32,000 nt of DNA, taken from contig NC_011979.1 of assembly GCF_000022265.1 (NCBI RefSeq), positions 60,001 to 92,000 on the forward strand. The letters are read 5' to 3'. Below, piece by piece: positions 7,467-16,891 of this stretch (its first letter is position 1; every line of letters starts with the position of its first letter). This stretch comes from Geotalea daltonii FRC-32. GTDB taxonomy: Bacteria > Desulfobacterota > Desulfuromonadia > Geobacterales > Geobacteraceae. The notes under the pieces were generated by a model that was not told where the DNA came from, made no database searches, and saw only the letters and a program-made list of their open reading frames with translations. The position numbers and the translations under genes were made by a program.

Positions 7467-8660
7467 ATGATGACACGCATCCGTTTACTGTTCCCTCTGG
7501 TCGTTACCTCGCCACTTGCTTTTGGTGTATTCCTCATCATTCCGCTGGTGGTGGTTCTCCAGCGCATCAGCGGGGGGAGTTCCATCTCCCCGATAATCCT
7601 GCTGATCAACAACCTGCTCTGTCTGGCCTGGCTCCTTGCACGTCTGTTCATTGATGTGAGACGATTCCGTTCCGGGAAACGATATGGTTCAGAAGCGCTG
7701 TTCCGAGGGCGGGCCGCAACCGTACCCTTTGGCCGGGAACAGCTACGCGAGCATCTCGTGCGAACAGGCTATATCCTCGATGAATCCGGGCGCTACGGAG
7801 AGCGGCCTGACCGGGGGTATTGGGGAAGGCTCCTCCTGCTGACAGGGCTGTCATTCACCCTTCTGGTAGGGACCTACGACAACGTTCGTCAATTCTCCGG
7901 CACCATTCTGCTTGGGGTCGGCGGGCCGCTCAAGCTCTTCGAAGCCTCCTCCTACGGGATTCTCACCAAGGGTGCACTCTCCTCGTTCGATGAACTGCCG
8001 GTCAAGCTTCAGATAACCCGTCAGATCCTTCCTGATGGCAAGTATCCTAAAGGCGCTACCGACATCGTCATATGCGACCCGGACGGAAAGGAACTGCAGC
8101 GGGCGACCATCAGGCCTGGCTCTCCCCTTAGCATCGGCGCCTTTGAGATCCACATGGCCCGTTTTTTGTTCGATGCCTGGCTGGTCGTCACCACCACATC
8201 GAACCACATCGTCTTCACCAATTTCGTCAAACTCCTTCCCCTGGACAAACCGAAAGAGGGATATACATTCCATGGTGAAATCGATGATGATCATTTCGAG
8301 AAGGTCAAGGGAGAGGTATGGCTCCGGCCACAGGACAAAGCCATGAAAGTGGCAGTGGACTACAAAGGATCTCGTATAGTGGATACCGAACTATTCCTCT
8401 GGGGAGAGAACAAAAAGGAATCGGCCGGCTATGTTGCCAAGCTCGAAGGACTGGGGCAATGGAGCGAGATCCATGTAACCCGCCGCCGCCACAAGAGTGC
8501 GCTGTTTGCCGGTGTGTGGACTGCCCTGCTAGGATTGTTGATACGTCTGAGCTGGAGGCCTCGACGGGTCTGGATTACAGAAACGCCCGACGGCATATCT
8601 TTGCGCACTACGGATGCGAAAGTACTTAAAGCCATCAACGACTCAACCGTTGACATATAA
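7467..8660 (+). CDS. ResB-like (cytochrome c biogenesis Ccs1/ResB family-like) membrane protein, divergent paralog 1
   Basis: It has ResB-like topology: two N-terminal TM helices; a third TM after a basic stretch (RPDRGYWGRLLLLTGLSFTLLVG), where true ResB has ..LLFHLSFLLLLAGG..; a ~220-aa soluble domain; and a C-terminal TM (ALFAGVWTALLGLLIRLSW). The family assignment is by eye only. There is no obvious RBS. Confidence 0.5.
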   Translation: MMTRIRLLFPLVVTSPLAFGVFLIIPLVVVLQRISGGSSISPIILLINNLLCLAWLLARLFIDVRRFRSGKRYGSEALFRGRAATVPFGREQLREHLVRTGYILDESGRYGERPDRGYWGRLLLLTGLSFTLLVGTYDNVRQFSGTILLGVGGPLKLFEASSYGILTKGALSSFDELPVKLQITRQILPDGKYPKGATDIVICDPDGKELQRATIRPGSPLSIGAFEIHMARFLFDAWLVVTTTSNHIVFTNFVKLLPLDKPKEGYTFHGEIDDDHFEKVKGEVWLRPQDKAMKVAVDYKGSRIVDTELFLWGENKKESAGYVAKLEGLGQWSEIHVTRRRHKSALFAGVWTALLGLLIRLSWRPRRVWITETPDGISLRTTDAKVLKAINDSTVDI

Positions 8661-8698
8661 ACATCCCATTCACCTACCCACATTACAGGACCCAACCT

Positions 8699-9769
8699 AT
8701 GACATTCAGATGCCTTGTTTCTTTCTTACTATTCATCACTATGGCCCTTGCCGCGTGCAGGCAGGAGACGGAGCCTCCCCTACAGAAAGGAGAGGCAGTG
8801 CGCCTTCTGGTAAGGCAAAACGGCAAGTTCGGCTATATTGACCAAAGTGGAAAACTGGCGATCCCGGCCCGATTCGAGAACGCGTCACTTTTCTCCGAAG
8901 GGCTGGCAGCAGTGAGGATTGGTGGCAAGGATGGCTATATCGACACATCCGGCAAAATTGTCATCGAACCCCGGTTCAAGGCGGCCTCTATCTTTAACGA
9001 AGGGCTGGCGGCAGTTCTGGTTGGTGACAGGTGGGGGTATATCAACAAGGCCGGCAAGATGGTTATCCCCTCAAGCATTGTTTCGACCTTTGCTTTTACC
9101 GAGGGTTTGGCGGTAGTCGTGGCCGTCACCAAAGATGGTTACAAGGCCGGGTACATGGATGCAACGGGCAAGATGATCATTCAGCCGCTTTACGAAGATG
9201 CAAGGTTCTTTTCAGAGGGTTTGGCGCCAGTGAAGAAGGGAAAAAAATTCGGCTTTATCAATCGTTCCGGGACCATGGTGATCCAGCCGATGTTTGATGA
9301 TGCTACCCCCTTCCGCGAAGGGTTGGCTGCCGTGAAGATCAATGGCAAGTACGGCCAGTGGGGCTTCATCGATACCAATGGCGTCTGGGTAGTAGAGGCA
9401 AAATATAAAAACTGCCTCCGGTTCAAGGAGGGCGTGGCCGCAGTAGAGCAAGAAGGCACCTGGCGGTTTATTGACCGGCGAGGCAAGGATGCCGTGCCGC
9501 TGACAATGGACGGACCATCGCTCTTTTCAGAGGGGCTTGCGCCGGTCAAAATAAGGGGGAAAGTCGGTTACATCGACCGCCAAGGACGAGAGATCATCCC
9601 TCCCCGTTTCGAGGCTGCAACGATTTTTATCAAAGGGTTGGCGGCTGTGCGCCAAGGGGACCTGTGCGGATACATCGACAAGAAAGGGAATCTGGTCGTT
9701 CCTCCCACCTATGAGTGGTACCAGCCAATTATCGACCAAGTGGTCACCTTCGCGGCAGAAATTGAGTAA
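8699..9769 (+). CDS. WG-repeat (KWG-type) lipoprotein
   Basis: Signal peptide with lipobox LAAC (MTFRCLVSFLLFITMALAAC). About ten repeats follow the pattern GK.GYID..GK.VI.P.F..A..FSEGLA.V, as in the WG-containing-repeat family. Confidence 0.85.
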   Translation: MTFRCLVSFLLFITMALAACRQETEPPLQKGEAVRLLVRQNGKFGYIDQSGKLAIPARFENASLFSEGLAAVRIGGKDGYIDTSGKIVIEPRFKAASIFNEGLAAVLVGDRWGYINKAGKMVIPSSIVSTFAFTEGLAVVVAVTKDGYKAGYMDATGKMIIQPLYEDARFFSEGLAPVKKGKKFGFINRSGTMVIQPMFDDATPFREGLAAVKINGKYGQWGFIDTNGVWVVEAKYKNCLRFKEGVAAVEQEGTWRFIDRRGKDAVPLTMDGPSLFSEGLAPVKIRGKVGYIDRQGREIIPPRFEAATIFIKGLAAVRQGDLCGYIDKKGNLVVPPTYEWYQPIIDQVVTFAAEIE

Positions 9770-9881
9770 GTCGTGACGAAAATGCTAAAAGGCTTGAAGG
9801 TTTAACAGGTTTACTTGTTAACGGATGGCATGATATTTTAATAAAACCGGCAACGGAGCCGAAATTTGGAGGTTTCTCACT

Positions 9882-10715
9882 GTGGCACCTCTTGAATCAA
9901 TCTTTGTCTGGATATCCCTCTGTGGTTACGGAATCATCAGTAGCCTGTACATTTATGCCTTCGTCTTCAGGAAAGAAAACATCCTCCAGAAGATCATCTA
10001 CCCCATTGCTGCGGTATTTCTGATCCATACAGCCTCCATCATCGCCAGGTATGTTGCTGTCGGGAACCTGCCGTGGGCAGGGGATTACGAATCGGCAACG
10101 GCAGGTTCCTGGTTCGTGGTGCTGTTTACCATCATCTTTATATGGAAACATCGCAGCCTCAGTGCCATCGGCGTCGGCACTATTCCGTTCTCCCTGCTCC
10201 TGTTCGGTTTCGGTGTCATGCGTTCTCCCCAACTCATTCCCATGTCGGTTTCTTTGAAGTCTTTCTGGTTGGGAATCCATGTTTTATTTGCCTGGCTGGC
10301 TTTTGGCGCTTTTGCCATCGCCTTCGGCCTGGGAATTATCTACCTTCTTAAGGAGAAGAACCCCCGGAAGGAGTTTTACGCAAAATTCCCCGATCTGCCG
10401 ATGCTTGATGAATTGATGTTCAAGTATGTGGTCTTCGGCTTCATAACCGATGCCGTGATGATCCCGTCCGGAGCTATCTGGGCCAAGGATCTGTGGGGGA
10501 ACTATTGGTCATGGGACCCGGTTGAGACTTGGTCATTGGTGACATGGCTGATATATGGTTGCGCCATTCACCTGCGTCTCACCATGGGGTGGCGAGGCCG
10601 CCGACTGGCCTGGATCGTTATTTGGGCATTGGCTGGAATGGTCATTACCTTTTTCGGCATCAATTTCTTTGTCACATCGAGCCTGCACCTCTTCCGTGCG
10701 ATGCAGGGGCAGTAG
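9882..10715 (+). CDS. ccsA: cytochrome c-type biogenesis protein CcsA/ResC (System II heme-handling subunit)
   Basis: GTG start with GGAGG ~9 nt upstream. The WWD motif WGNYWSWDPVETW lies at 10494-10532. Flanking conserved histidines are present (GIHVLFAW upstream, CAIHLR downstream). The protein is polytopic. Confidence 0.9.
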   Translation: MAPLESIFVWISLCGYGIISSLYIYAFVFRKENILQKIIYPIAAVFLIHTASIIARYVAVGNLPWAGDYESATAGSWFVVLFTIIFIWKHRSLSAIGVGTIPFSLLLFGFGVMRSPQLIPMSVSLKSFWLGIHVLFAWLAFGAFAIAFGLGIIYLLKEKNPRKEFYAKFPDLPMLDELMFKYVVFGFITDAVMIPSGAIWAKDLWGNYWSWDPVETWSLVTWLIYGCAIHLRLTMGWRGRRLAWIVIWALAGMVITFFGINFFVTSSLHLFRAMQGQ

Positions 10716-10723
10716 GAGCAGGC

Positions 10724-12121
10724 GTGCTGAAAAACTTACTTGCAGCCCTCAAGTCTTTGAAGGTCACTGCCGCACTGATCATTGCACTGGCGATGCTCTG
10801 CCTGTTGGGAATCACAGTGCCCCAGAAGTCCATTCTCGGCAGGGAGGCGTACTTGGCATGGCAGCAGGATCATCCCACTCTGGTCGCCTTGCTTGAGACC
10901 TTCAATCTCACGGAGTTCCACTCTTCCCCCCTGATGATGACCCTGTGGGTGCTGTTTTTCGGAAACCTCCTGTTGGTCATGATCGACCGGCTGCCTGGGA
11001 TCTGGAAACTCTGCAGGGAGGTGCGGCTACCTGATAATGCCGGGTTCGTGCAAAGCTACCGCTGTTCCGCTGAACTGAAAGGTGCATCGCTCGATAATAT
11101 TGCATCGGTTCTGGACAGTCATGGCTATCGGGTGATGCGTGACGGCGCGGCGTTGGCCGGCATTCGTAATCGCTATGCCCCACTGGCCACTTTGCTGTTC
11201 CACCTGAGTTTTCTGCTGCTGCTGGCGGGAGGGGTGCTAACAATCTATACCAAATTCCGCGCCGAGGTTGATCTGGCTGTCGGAGAGCAGTTTGACGGGA
11301 ATTATAAACAAATTTTTACACGCCCCAAATTCGGCACCGTGCCGTCCTCGAAATTCACCGTAACCGCTGTGAAACCGACCTACTACAATCAGGCGGTGCC
11401 GGTTGACCTGGCAGTTGATCTGGAGACCCGTCAGGGAAGGAAGAGCATCAGCATCAATCGCCCTTACTATGATGGCCGGTTATCCTTTCTCATCAAGACT
11501 GTCGATGTCGCCCCTCTTTTTGTCGTTCAGGATTCTGCCGGCAAAGAGATCGACGGTGTGTTCGTCAAACTCAAGATTCTGAACGGTGATGAAGATGGCT
11601 TTTCTCTGCAAGGGTATACCGTCCGCGCCCGGTTCCATACCGACATTGTCGCCGAGCAGAGCCGGACAAGGGGCCTGTCGTCAAACCTGCCCCAGGCGCT
11701 GAAACAGCAGCCGAATGACAGCTCATCCAAACAGACCAGGGAAATCGTCAATCCAGCAATGACACTCTCCCTTGAAAAAGATGGGCAGAGGCTGCAGACC
11801 GTAACCCTCCGCCCCCATGAGTCCGTCTTGTTTGGCAACGGGCAGCGCCTGGTATGGCAGGACTACACCTACTGGATCAATTTTTACGTTGGGCAGGAAA
11901 GGGGGCTCATGATAATTTACGCCGCTTTCGTGCTCATGACCATTGCGCTGGTCATCCGTTTTGGCTTCTATCGCCGTGATATTCGAGCCCTGGCAGAGGA
12001 AGAGACGGTATTTCTTGCCGGCCGGTCCGAGTACTTCCCGGTCATGTTTAGGGAAGAGTTCGCCGGACTTAAGGCGGCAATGCAGTTTTCCGGAACAATA
12101 GAGGTACAAGACGAGCCATGA
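10724..12121 (+). CDS. resB: cytochrome c biogenesis protein ResB/Ccs1 (System II)
   Basis: The tracked ORF (from 10529) overlaps ccsA. I trimmed it to the GTG at 10724, which has AGGAG 5 nt upstream. The N-terminus VLKNLLAALKSLKVTAALIIALAMLCLLGITVPQ is the classic ResB start. TM3 carries a conserved His (LLFHLSFLLLLAGG, codon 11201-11203). A large periplasmic domain and a C-terminal TM follow. Confidence 0.85.
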   Translation: MLKNLLAALKSLKVTAALIIALAMLCLLGITVPQKSILGREAYLAWQQDHPTLVALLETFNLTEFHSSPLMMTLWVLFFGNLLLVMIDRLPGIWKLCREVRLPDNAGFVQSYRCSAELKGASLDNIASVLDSHGYRVMRDGAALAGIRNRYAPLATLLFHLSFLLLLAGGVLTIYTKFRAEVDLAVGEQFDGNYKQIFTRPKFGTVPSSKFTVTAVKPTYYNQAVPVDLAVDLETRQGRKSISINRPYYDGRLSFLIKTVDVAPLFVVQDSAGKEIDGVFVKLKILNGDEDGFSLQGYTVRARFHTDIVAEQSRTRGLSSNLPQALKQQPNDSSSKQTREIVNPAMTLSLEKDGQRLQTVTLRPHESVLFGNGQRLVWQDYTYWINFYVGQERGLMIIYAAFVLMTIALVIRFGFYRRDIRALAEEETVFLAGRSEYFPVMFREEFAGLKAAMQFSGTIEVQDEP

Positions 12122-13461
12122 AGCTGATTCTTGTCTCACCCCCATTCGGTGAAAAAGGGCAAAAATCGAAAGGCCTTCCCATTGCGCCGCCGGTGCTGGA
12201 ATATCTTGCCGGGCTGACCCTGCAGGTTCGTCCGGACGTGACGGTTGAGCTGGTAGATGCCAACAAGGAGCAGTTCAACCCGGACCAGGCCGATGCCGAC
12301 CTGATCAGTTTCACGGTGCTTACCCCCCAGGCTCCCTGGGTCTATCGCATGGCTGACCGGCTGCGCCAAATGGGGCGGCAAGTGCTCCTTGGCGGCATAC
12401 ATGTGACGGCACTGCCCGATGAGGCGGGTCGCCATGCCGATGCTATTGTCCTTGGCGAGGCTGAAGAGATCTGGGGAGCGCTTCTGGACGATGCTGAGAA
12501 GAGGCGATTGAAGCCGGTATATCAGGGCGGATTCCCGGAGCTGAAGGGGCTCTCCAGGCCAATCACCAACCTGTGGAAGACCAACTACGTTTACGGCTAT
12601 TTTCAGACTTCCCGCGGCTGTCCCCATCGCTGCACCTTCTGCTCGGTTCACGAATTCTTCGGCGGCCGGGTGAGAACCCGCCCGATTGACGAGGTGGTTG
12701 CCGAGATTGCCCAAAGCAAACGGCGCCTGTTCTGGGGGATCGACGACAACGTCTGGGGTGTCAACATGGACTATACCATCGAGCTCTACCTGGAGATGGG
12801 GAAGAGCCTACGGGGCAAGTCCTGGTTCGGCTCAGGCGACTTGGTTTCGGTGGACCACCCCCGGGCAGGCGAGCTTTTGACCAATGCCCGCAAGGCCGGC
12901 TTAACGGCGGTGCTGGTGGGCTGGGAATCCAACAACATCGGCAGCCTGGAGGAGTATAAGGCGGTCACCAAGCAGGGGCGACAGCGGCGGGATGCCATTA
13001 AAAAAATCCGGGATCATGGCATCGAGGTCATGCTCTTCATGATGATCGGCGGCAGGCAGGACCGGCGCGAGGATTACGAAGGCATACTCAAGTTGTGCGA
13101 TGAACTGAAAGTCTCGGCCCATCCGGTTATGACCACTCCGTTTCCAGGGACACAGCTGTACGAGCTGTATAAGCCGTATCTTGTTCCCGGCCTCGACTGG
13201 GACAGCTTTGACGGCAATCATGCCGTATTTACCCACGATGACCCACTGATGAGCATCGACTACCGGGAAGAGGCGATCGTCAAGCTGCGGGCCGAGCTTT
13301 TCACCATTCCACGAATTCTGGGACGTATCCCACAGATCTCCTGGCGCGGTTTTCCCATGTCCCACATCACTTCGTGGATGATACAGTATCCCCAGGGGCG
13401 GGCATTTACCCAGTTCGCACGGGAGCGGGAAGCACTGAAGAAGACCGAGGCACCGGGATAG
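12118..13461 (+). CDS. B12-binding-domain radical SAM protein (class B rSAM) 1
   Basis: The ATGA start overlaps the resB stop. The N-terminus has a Rossmann-like B12-binding-type segment (KLILVSPP...ADLISFTVLT...LLGGIHVTALP). The CX3CX2C cluster motif GCPHRCTFC lies at 12619-12642. Confidence 0.9.
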   Translation: MKLILVSPPFGEKGQKSKGLPIAPPVLEYLAGLTLQVRPDVTVELVDANKEQFNPDQADADLISFTVLTPQAPWVYRMADRLRQMGRQVLLGGIHVTALPDEAGRHADAIVLGEAEEIWGALLDDAEKRRLKPVYQGGFPELKGLSRPITNLWKTNYVYGYFQTSRGCPHRCTFCSVHEFFGGRVRTRPIDEVVAEIAQSKRRLFWGIDDNVWGVNMDYTIELYLEMGKSLRGKSWFGSGDLVSVDHPRAGELLTNARKAGLTAVLVGWESNNIGSLEEYKAVTKQGRQRRDAIKKIRDHGIEVMLFMMIGGRQDRREDYEGILKLCDELKVSAHPVMTTPFPGTQLYELYKPYLVPGLDWDSFDGNHAVFTHDDPLMSIDYREEAIVKLRAELFTIPRILGRIPQISWRGFPMSHITSWMIQYPQGRAFTQFAREREALKKTEAPG

Positions 13462-13544
13462 CGGAACTTGGCCTGTTGGGAGTTTGGTTTCTGATATATA
13501 TCGGTACTGCCGACTGCTGCGCGATTGGATCGAGGTGAGATGAA

Positions 13545-15164
13545 ATGCTTGATAAAAGGAAGATCAGTGCCATTGTCCTTGGTGCATCTTTTTTTTCCGG
13601 GGCTGCGGCGCTGATTTACGAGGTGGTCTGGTCACGGGCTATGTCGCTGGTACTGGGGAGCACCGTCTACGCCCTCTCAACTATGCTTGCCACCTTTATG
13701 GCCGGACTGGCTGTTGGAGGGTTCATCGGCGGGCGTCTCGGAGACCGGATGGACCCCGTGAAGGCGCTTGGCCTCTGCGAGATCGGTATCGGTATAGGCG
13801 GGATCGCCAGCATTCCTATTATCCATGCGCTGCCGGAGCTTTACGCAAGGATGTACCAGTCACTTCACCTGAATCCTCCCCTGTTTTTCACGGTCCAGAT
13901 TGCCCTCTGCGCTTTGGTAATGTTCTGGCCGGCGCTTCTCATGGGGGCGACCTTCCCCCTGGTGACCAAAAGCATCACCGGTGAGCTTTCCGAGGTGGGG
14001 CGGAAGATCGGCATCGCCTATGGCACCAACACCCTTGGGGCGGTGTTCGGTTCCCTGTCTGCAGGGTTTTTCCTTATTCCCACGCTTGGAATCAAAGGGG
14101 CAACCTTTCTGCCGGCAGGAATCAACGTGATTCTTGGCATTGTTCTCCTGTTGACGGCACGTTCAGGCTTGCGCCCGGCGATTGGGATATTTACGCTCTT
14201 TTTAGCCGTGGCGGCCTGGAGTGCCGAGACGAAGGAACGAACCACCCTGGTCAATTTCTACACTGCCAATCGGGGTAGTAGTTGGGCGGAGTTGCCATTG
14301 GTGCAGAGCCCCTTTTTGGAATCTGCCCGGGTTTTTCATGAGGAAAACGCCTCCGGTTCGGTAAGGGCCTTCAGGATGCCGGACGGGAACCTGATGCTGC
14401 AGGTCGGTGGAAAAATCGAAGGAACACTCCAGCCCGATATCGCTAATACCCGCCTCCTTGCTTATCTTCCCCTTGCGGCCCACACCGAACCCCAAAAGGC
14501 TCTCATCATAGGTCTTGGGGCTGGCATTACCGTAGCCGCTGCCAAGGGGCATGTACCGGTAACGGACCTGGTGGAAATAAATCCGGCGGTGGTCAGGGCA
14601 GTGGCCCATCACGGAAAAAAAGGGCTGCTTGACGGGGTAAAGGTCATTGTCAATGATGCGCGACAATTTCTTACGATGAATGATGTCCGATACGACGTTA
14701 TCTCCTCCGAACCGTCTTATCCCACCGAATCAGAGGTGGCGAGCCTCTTCAGCAGCGAGTATTACCGTATCGCGGCCGGCAGGCTGAATGAGGGAGGAGT
14801 ATACTGCCAGTGGCTTCCCTATTACGTGCTTGCCAATGACGATGTGACGATGATGATCAAAACATTTGCCACGGCATTCAAGCATGTGATGCTCTGGAAG
14901 GTGCCTGAATCACTTGATCTGATAATGCTTGGCCGGAATATCCCGTTTGAGCGCGGAGAGGGGGAGATCAGGGAACGAGTTCACCGTATGGCCGGTGAAG
15001 ATCTTGACTTTGTCCTGTCCCGGACTCCGGAACAGGTGGCAGAGCTGGTCAAAGACGGGCGTATACCTATAAACACCGATGACAGGCCAATTCTGGAGTT
15101 CCTTCTGGCCCGTAATTTTCTTATGGGGGATATTGCCCGTATAGAAAGAGACGAGAACCATTGA
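13545..15164 (+). CDS. fused polytopic membrane domain / spermidine-synthase-like (aminopropyl- or methyltransferase fold) protein
   Basis: The N-terminal ~220 aa form about 7 TM helices. The C-terminal half has a SAM-type GxGxG motif (LIIGLGAGITVAAA), VTDLVEINPAVV, DVISSEPSYP and YCQWLP, typical of the spermine/spermidine synthase-like family. GAGGTGAG RBS. Confidence 0.8.
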   Translation: MLDKRKISAIVLGASFFSGAAALIYEVVWSRAMSLVLGSTVYALSTMLATFMAGLAVGGFIGGRLGDRMDPVKALGLCEIGIGIGGIASIPIIHALPELYARMYQSLHLNPPLFFTVQIALCALVMFWPALLMGATFPLVTKSITGELSEVGRKIGIAYGTNTLGAVFGSLSAGFFLIPTLGIKGATFLPAGINVILGIVLLLTARSGLRPAIGIFTLFLAVAAWSAETKERTTLVNFYTANRGSSWAELPLVQSPFLESARVFHEENASGSVRAFRMPDGNLMLQVGGKIEGTLQPDIANTRLLAYLPLAAHTEPQKALIIGLGAGITVAAAKGHVPVTDLVEINPAVVRAVAHHGKKGLLDGVKVIVNDARQFLTMNDVRYDVISSEPSYPTESEVASLFSSEYYRIAAGRLNEGGVYCQWLPYYVLANDDVTMMIKTFATAFKHVMLWKVPESLDLIMLGRNIPFERGEGEIRERVHRMAGEDLDFVLSRTPEQVAELVKDGRIPINTDDRPILEFLLARNFLMGDIARIERDENH

Positions 15165-15246
15165 ACCAGGTTCAGCGGAGCTGCCTCGCAGAAGCAACTT
15201 TTTGTACCTTCTATATTTGACAATGAGTGAGCAAGGAGAAAATCCA

Positions 15247-15654
15247 ATGCAGATCAGCCCGGAGCTGGGTGTGGCCATCATGATGAACAATTATTTTCAC
15301 GATGTGGCCACCGCACTTCTCGCCGCCTCCGCCTTCGTCATTCACGCCATCGTCAGGACCCAGGCAGTTATGGCAAGTCGGGAAGCAAGCCTCTTTTTCC
15401 TCAGGACCTATGACCAGATGGTCAAATTCTTTCGCTTTGCCCTCTGGTGGATCATTATCGGCGGCATTCCCCGGACCGTCTTCTACACCAGTTTCGAGTG
15501 GGCTAACGCCGCGGACAAACTGCAGGTGCCTGCATTGATGGTCAAGCATGTGGTGATGGCAGTGCTGGTCATCTGGGGGGTCTATGCATGGCGCCGGCTC
15601 AAGGTGAAGGTTGCAGCCCTCAGGCAAAGCGTCCAGGCCGTCGCTCAAGGGTAG
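15247..15654 (+). CDS. small (135 aa) 3-TM membrane protein with intramembrane histidines, unknown function
   Basis: AAGGAG lies 8 nt upstream of the ATG at 15247 (the tracked ORF starts at a TTG at 15202). The TM segments contain MNNYFHDVATALL, VIHAIV and VKHVVMAVLVIW. The stop is 6 nt before the next gene. Confidence 0.6.
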   Translation: MQISPELGVAIMMNNYFHDVATALLAASAFVIHAIVRTQAVMASREASLFFLRTYDQMVKFFRFALWWIIIGGIPRTVFYTSFEWANAADKLQVPALMVKHVVMAVLVIWGVYAWRRLKVKVAALRQSVQAVAQG

Positions 15655-15660
15655 GCTCCA

Positions 15661-16890
15661 TTGCTCCTGCGCATACTGAAAAGCTCGTTTCTCAAACGGC
15701 CAAAGGCGGTATTGTTCCTGTTGCTCTCCATAACCATGGGCGCTGCCGTGGCAACAGCCTTCCTTGGTATTTACGGAGAAGTATCCCATAAGATGGCCCT
15801 TGAGTTACGCAGCTACGGCGCCAACATCCTCGTGGAACCCTCCGTTACCGATGATGGGGGGGAACTGGTCGAGGCCGACCTGAAAAATATCAAAACCGTT
15901 TTCTGGAAGTACAACATTACAGGCTTCGCACCATACCTCTTCGGTATCGTCGAGCTGGAAGCCGCCGGCAGAAAAGAACGCGGCGTTGTCAGCGGTACCT
16001 GGTTCGCCAAGGAACTGCAGGTGGAAGGGGCAGAGCCGTCAACCCAGGGGGTACGGCAGATTGCTCCCTGGTGGGAAATAGCCGGTGAATGGCCTCAAGC
16101 TGCAGACGAAGCAATAGTCGGCGTCTCCCTGGCAAAAAGATTCGCCTTGAACCCGGGGAGCGAGATCATTGCCCGAAAGGACGGCAGAAGCCGGCGGTTC
16201 AAAATCTCAGGGATCGTGACCACTGGCGGTTACGAAGAGGAGCAGCTCTTTGCCCCGCTGGCGACAGTGCAGGGACTGCTGGCAAAGGAAGGGCGCATCT
16301 CCAGAGTTCTGGTCAGTGCCCTGACGGTGCCCATGGATGAGTTCGGCTCCAGGGATCCGGCGACCATGAACAAGCTTGAATACGAAAAATGGTACTGCAC
16401 CGCCTACGTCACCTCGGTTGCCAAGAATGTGGAGGAGGTAATGACCGGGAGCAGGGCCAAGCCGATCTGGCAGATAGCCAGTGCCGAAGGTTCCCTGCTT
16501 AAAAAATTCAATCTGATCATCATCCTTCTGACGTCCCTGGCGCTGGCGGCATCGGCCATTGCCGTCTCCACCAGCCTCATGGCATCGATGGCCGAAAGGC
16601 AAACGGAGGTTGCGCTGATGAAAACCCTTGGCGCTGACCGCTTCCAGGTAATCGCCATTTTTATCGGCGAGATTCTGATCATTTCCGTGATTGGGGGGCT
16701 GCTCGGCTACCTGCTGGGGGATCAGCTGGCAGAATTGATCAGCCGTGTGGTGTTCAACTCCAAGATCAAATCGCCTCTATGGCTTTTTCCCACTGCCATC
16801 CTGTCTGCGTTTGCCGTTGCCGTGGCCGGTAGCGTAGCTCCGCTGCAAAGGGCGTTGCTCATTAAGCCGGTGCAGGTAATAAAGGGGTGA
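15661..16890 (+). CDS. ABC transporter permease, FtsX/MacB type, with large periplasmic domain
   Basis: TTG start. The N-terminus LLRILKSSFLKRPKAVLFLLLSITMGAAV is followed by a ~230-aa periplasmic domain, then three C-terminal TMs with the FtsX signature region (MKTLGADRFQVIAIFIGEILIISVIGGLLGYLLG). Confidence 0.85.
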   Translation: MLLRILKSSFLKRPKAVLFLLLSITMGAAVATAFLGIYGEVSHKMALELRSYGANILVEPSVTDDGGELVEADLKNIKTVFWKYNITGFAPYLFGIVELEAAGRKERGVVSGTWFAKELQVEGAEPSTQGVRQIAPWWEIAGEWPQAADEAIVGVSLAKRFALNPGSEIIARKDGRSRRFKISGIVTTGGYEEEQLFAPLATVQGLLAKEGRISRVLVSALTVPMDEFGSRDPATMNKLEYEKWYCTAYVTSVAKNVEEVMTGSRAKPIWQIASAEGSLLKKFNLIIILLTSLALAASAIAVSTSLMASMAERQTEVALMKTLGADRFQVIAIFIGEILIISVIGGLLGYLLGDQLAELISRVVFNSKIKSPLWLFPTAILSAFAVAVAGSVAPLQRALLIKPVQVIKG

Positions 16891-16891
16891 T

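Noticed and set aside
10529-10723. N-terminal 65-aa extension of the resB ORF that overlaps ccsA
   Set aside because: The extension overlaps the well-supported ccsA coding frame and has no ResB-like sequence. The GTG at 10724 with an AGGAG RBS gives the canonical ResB N-terminus.
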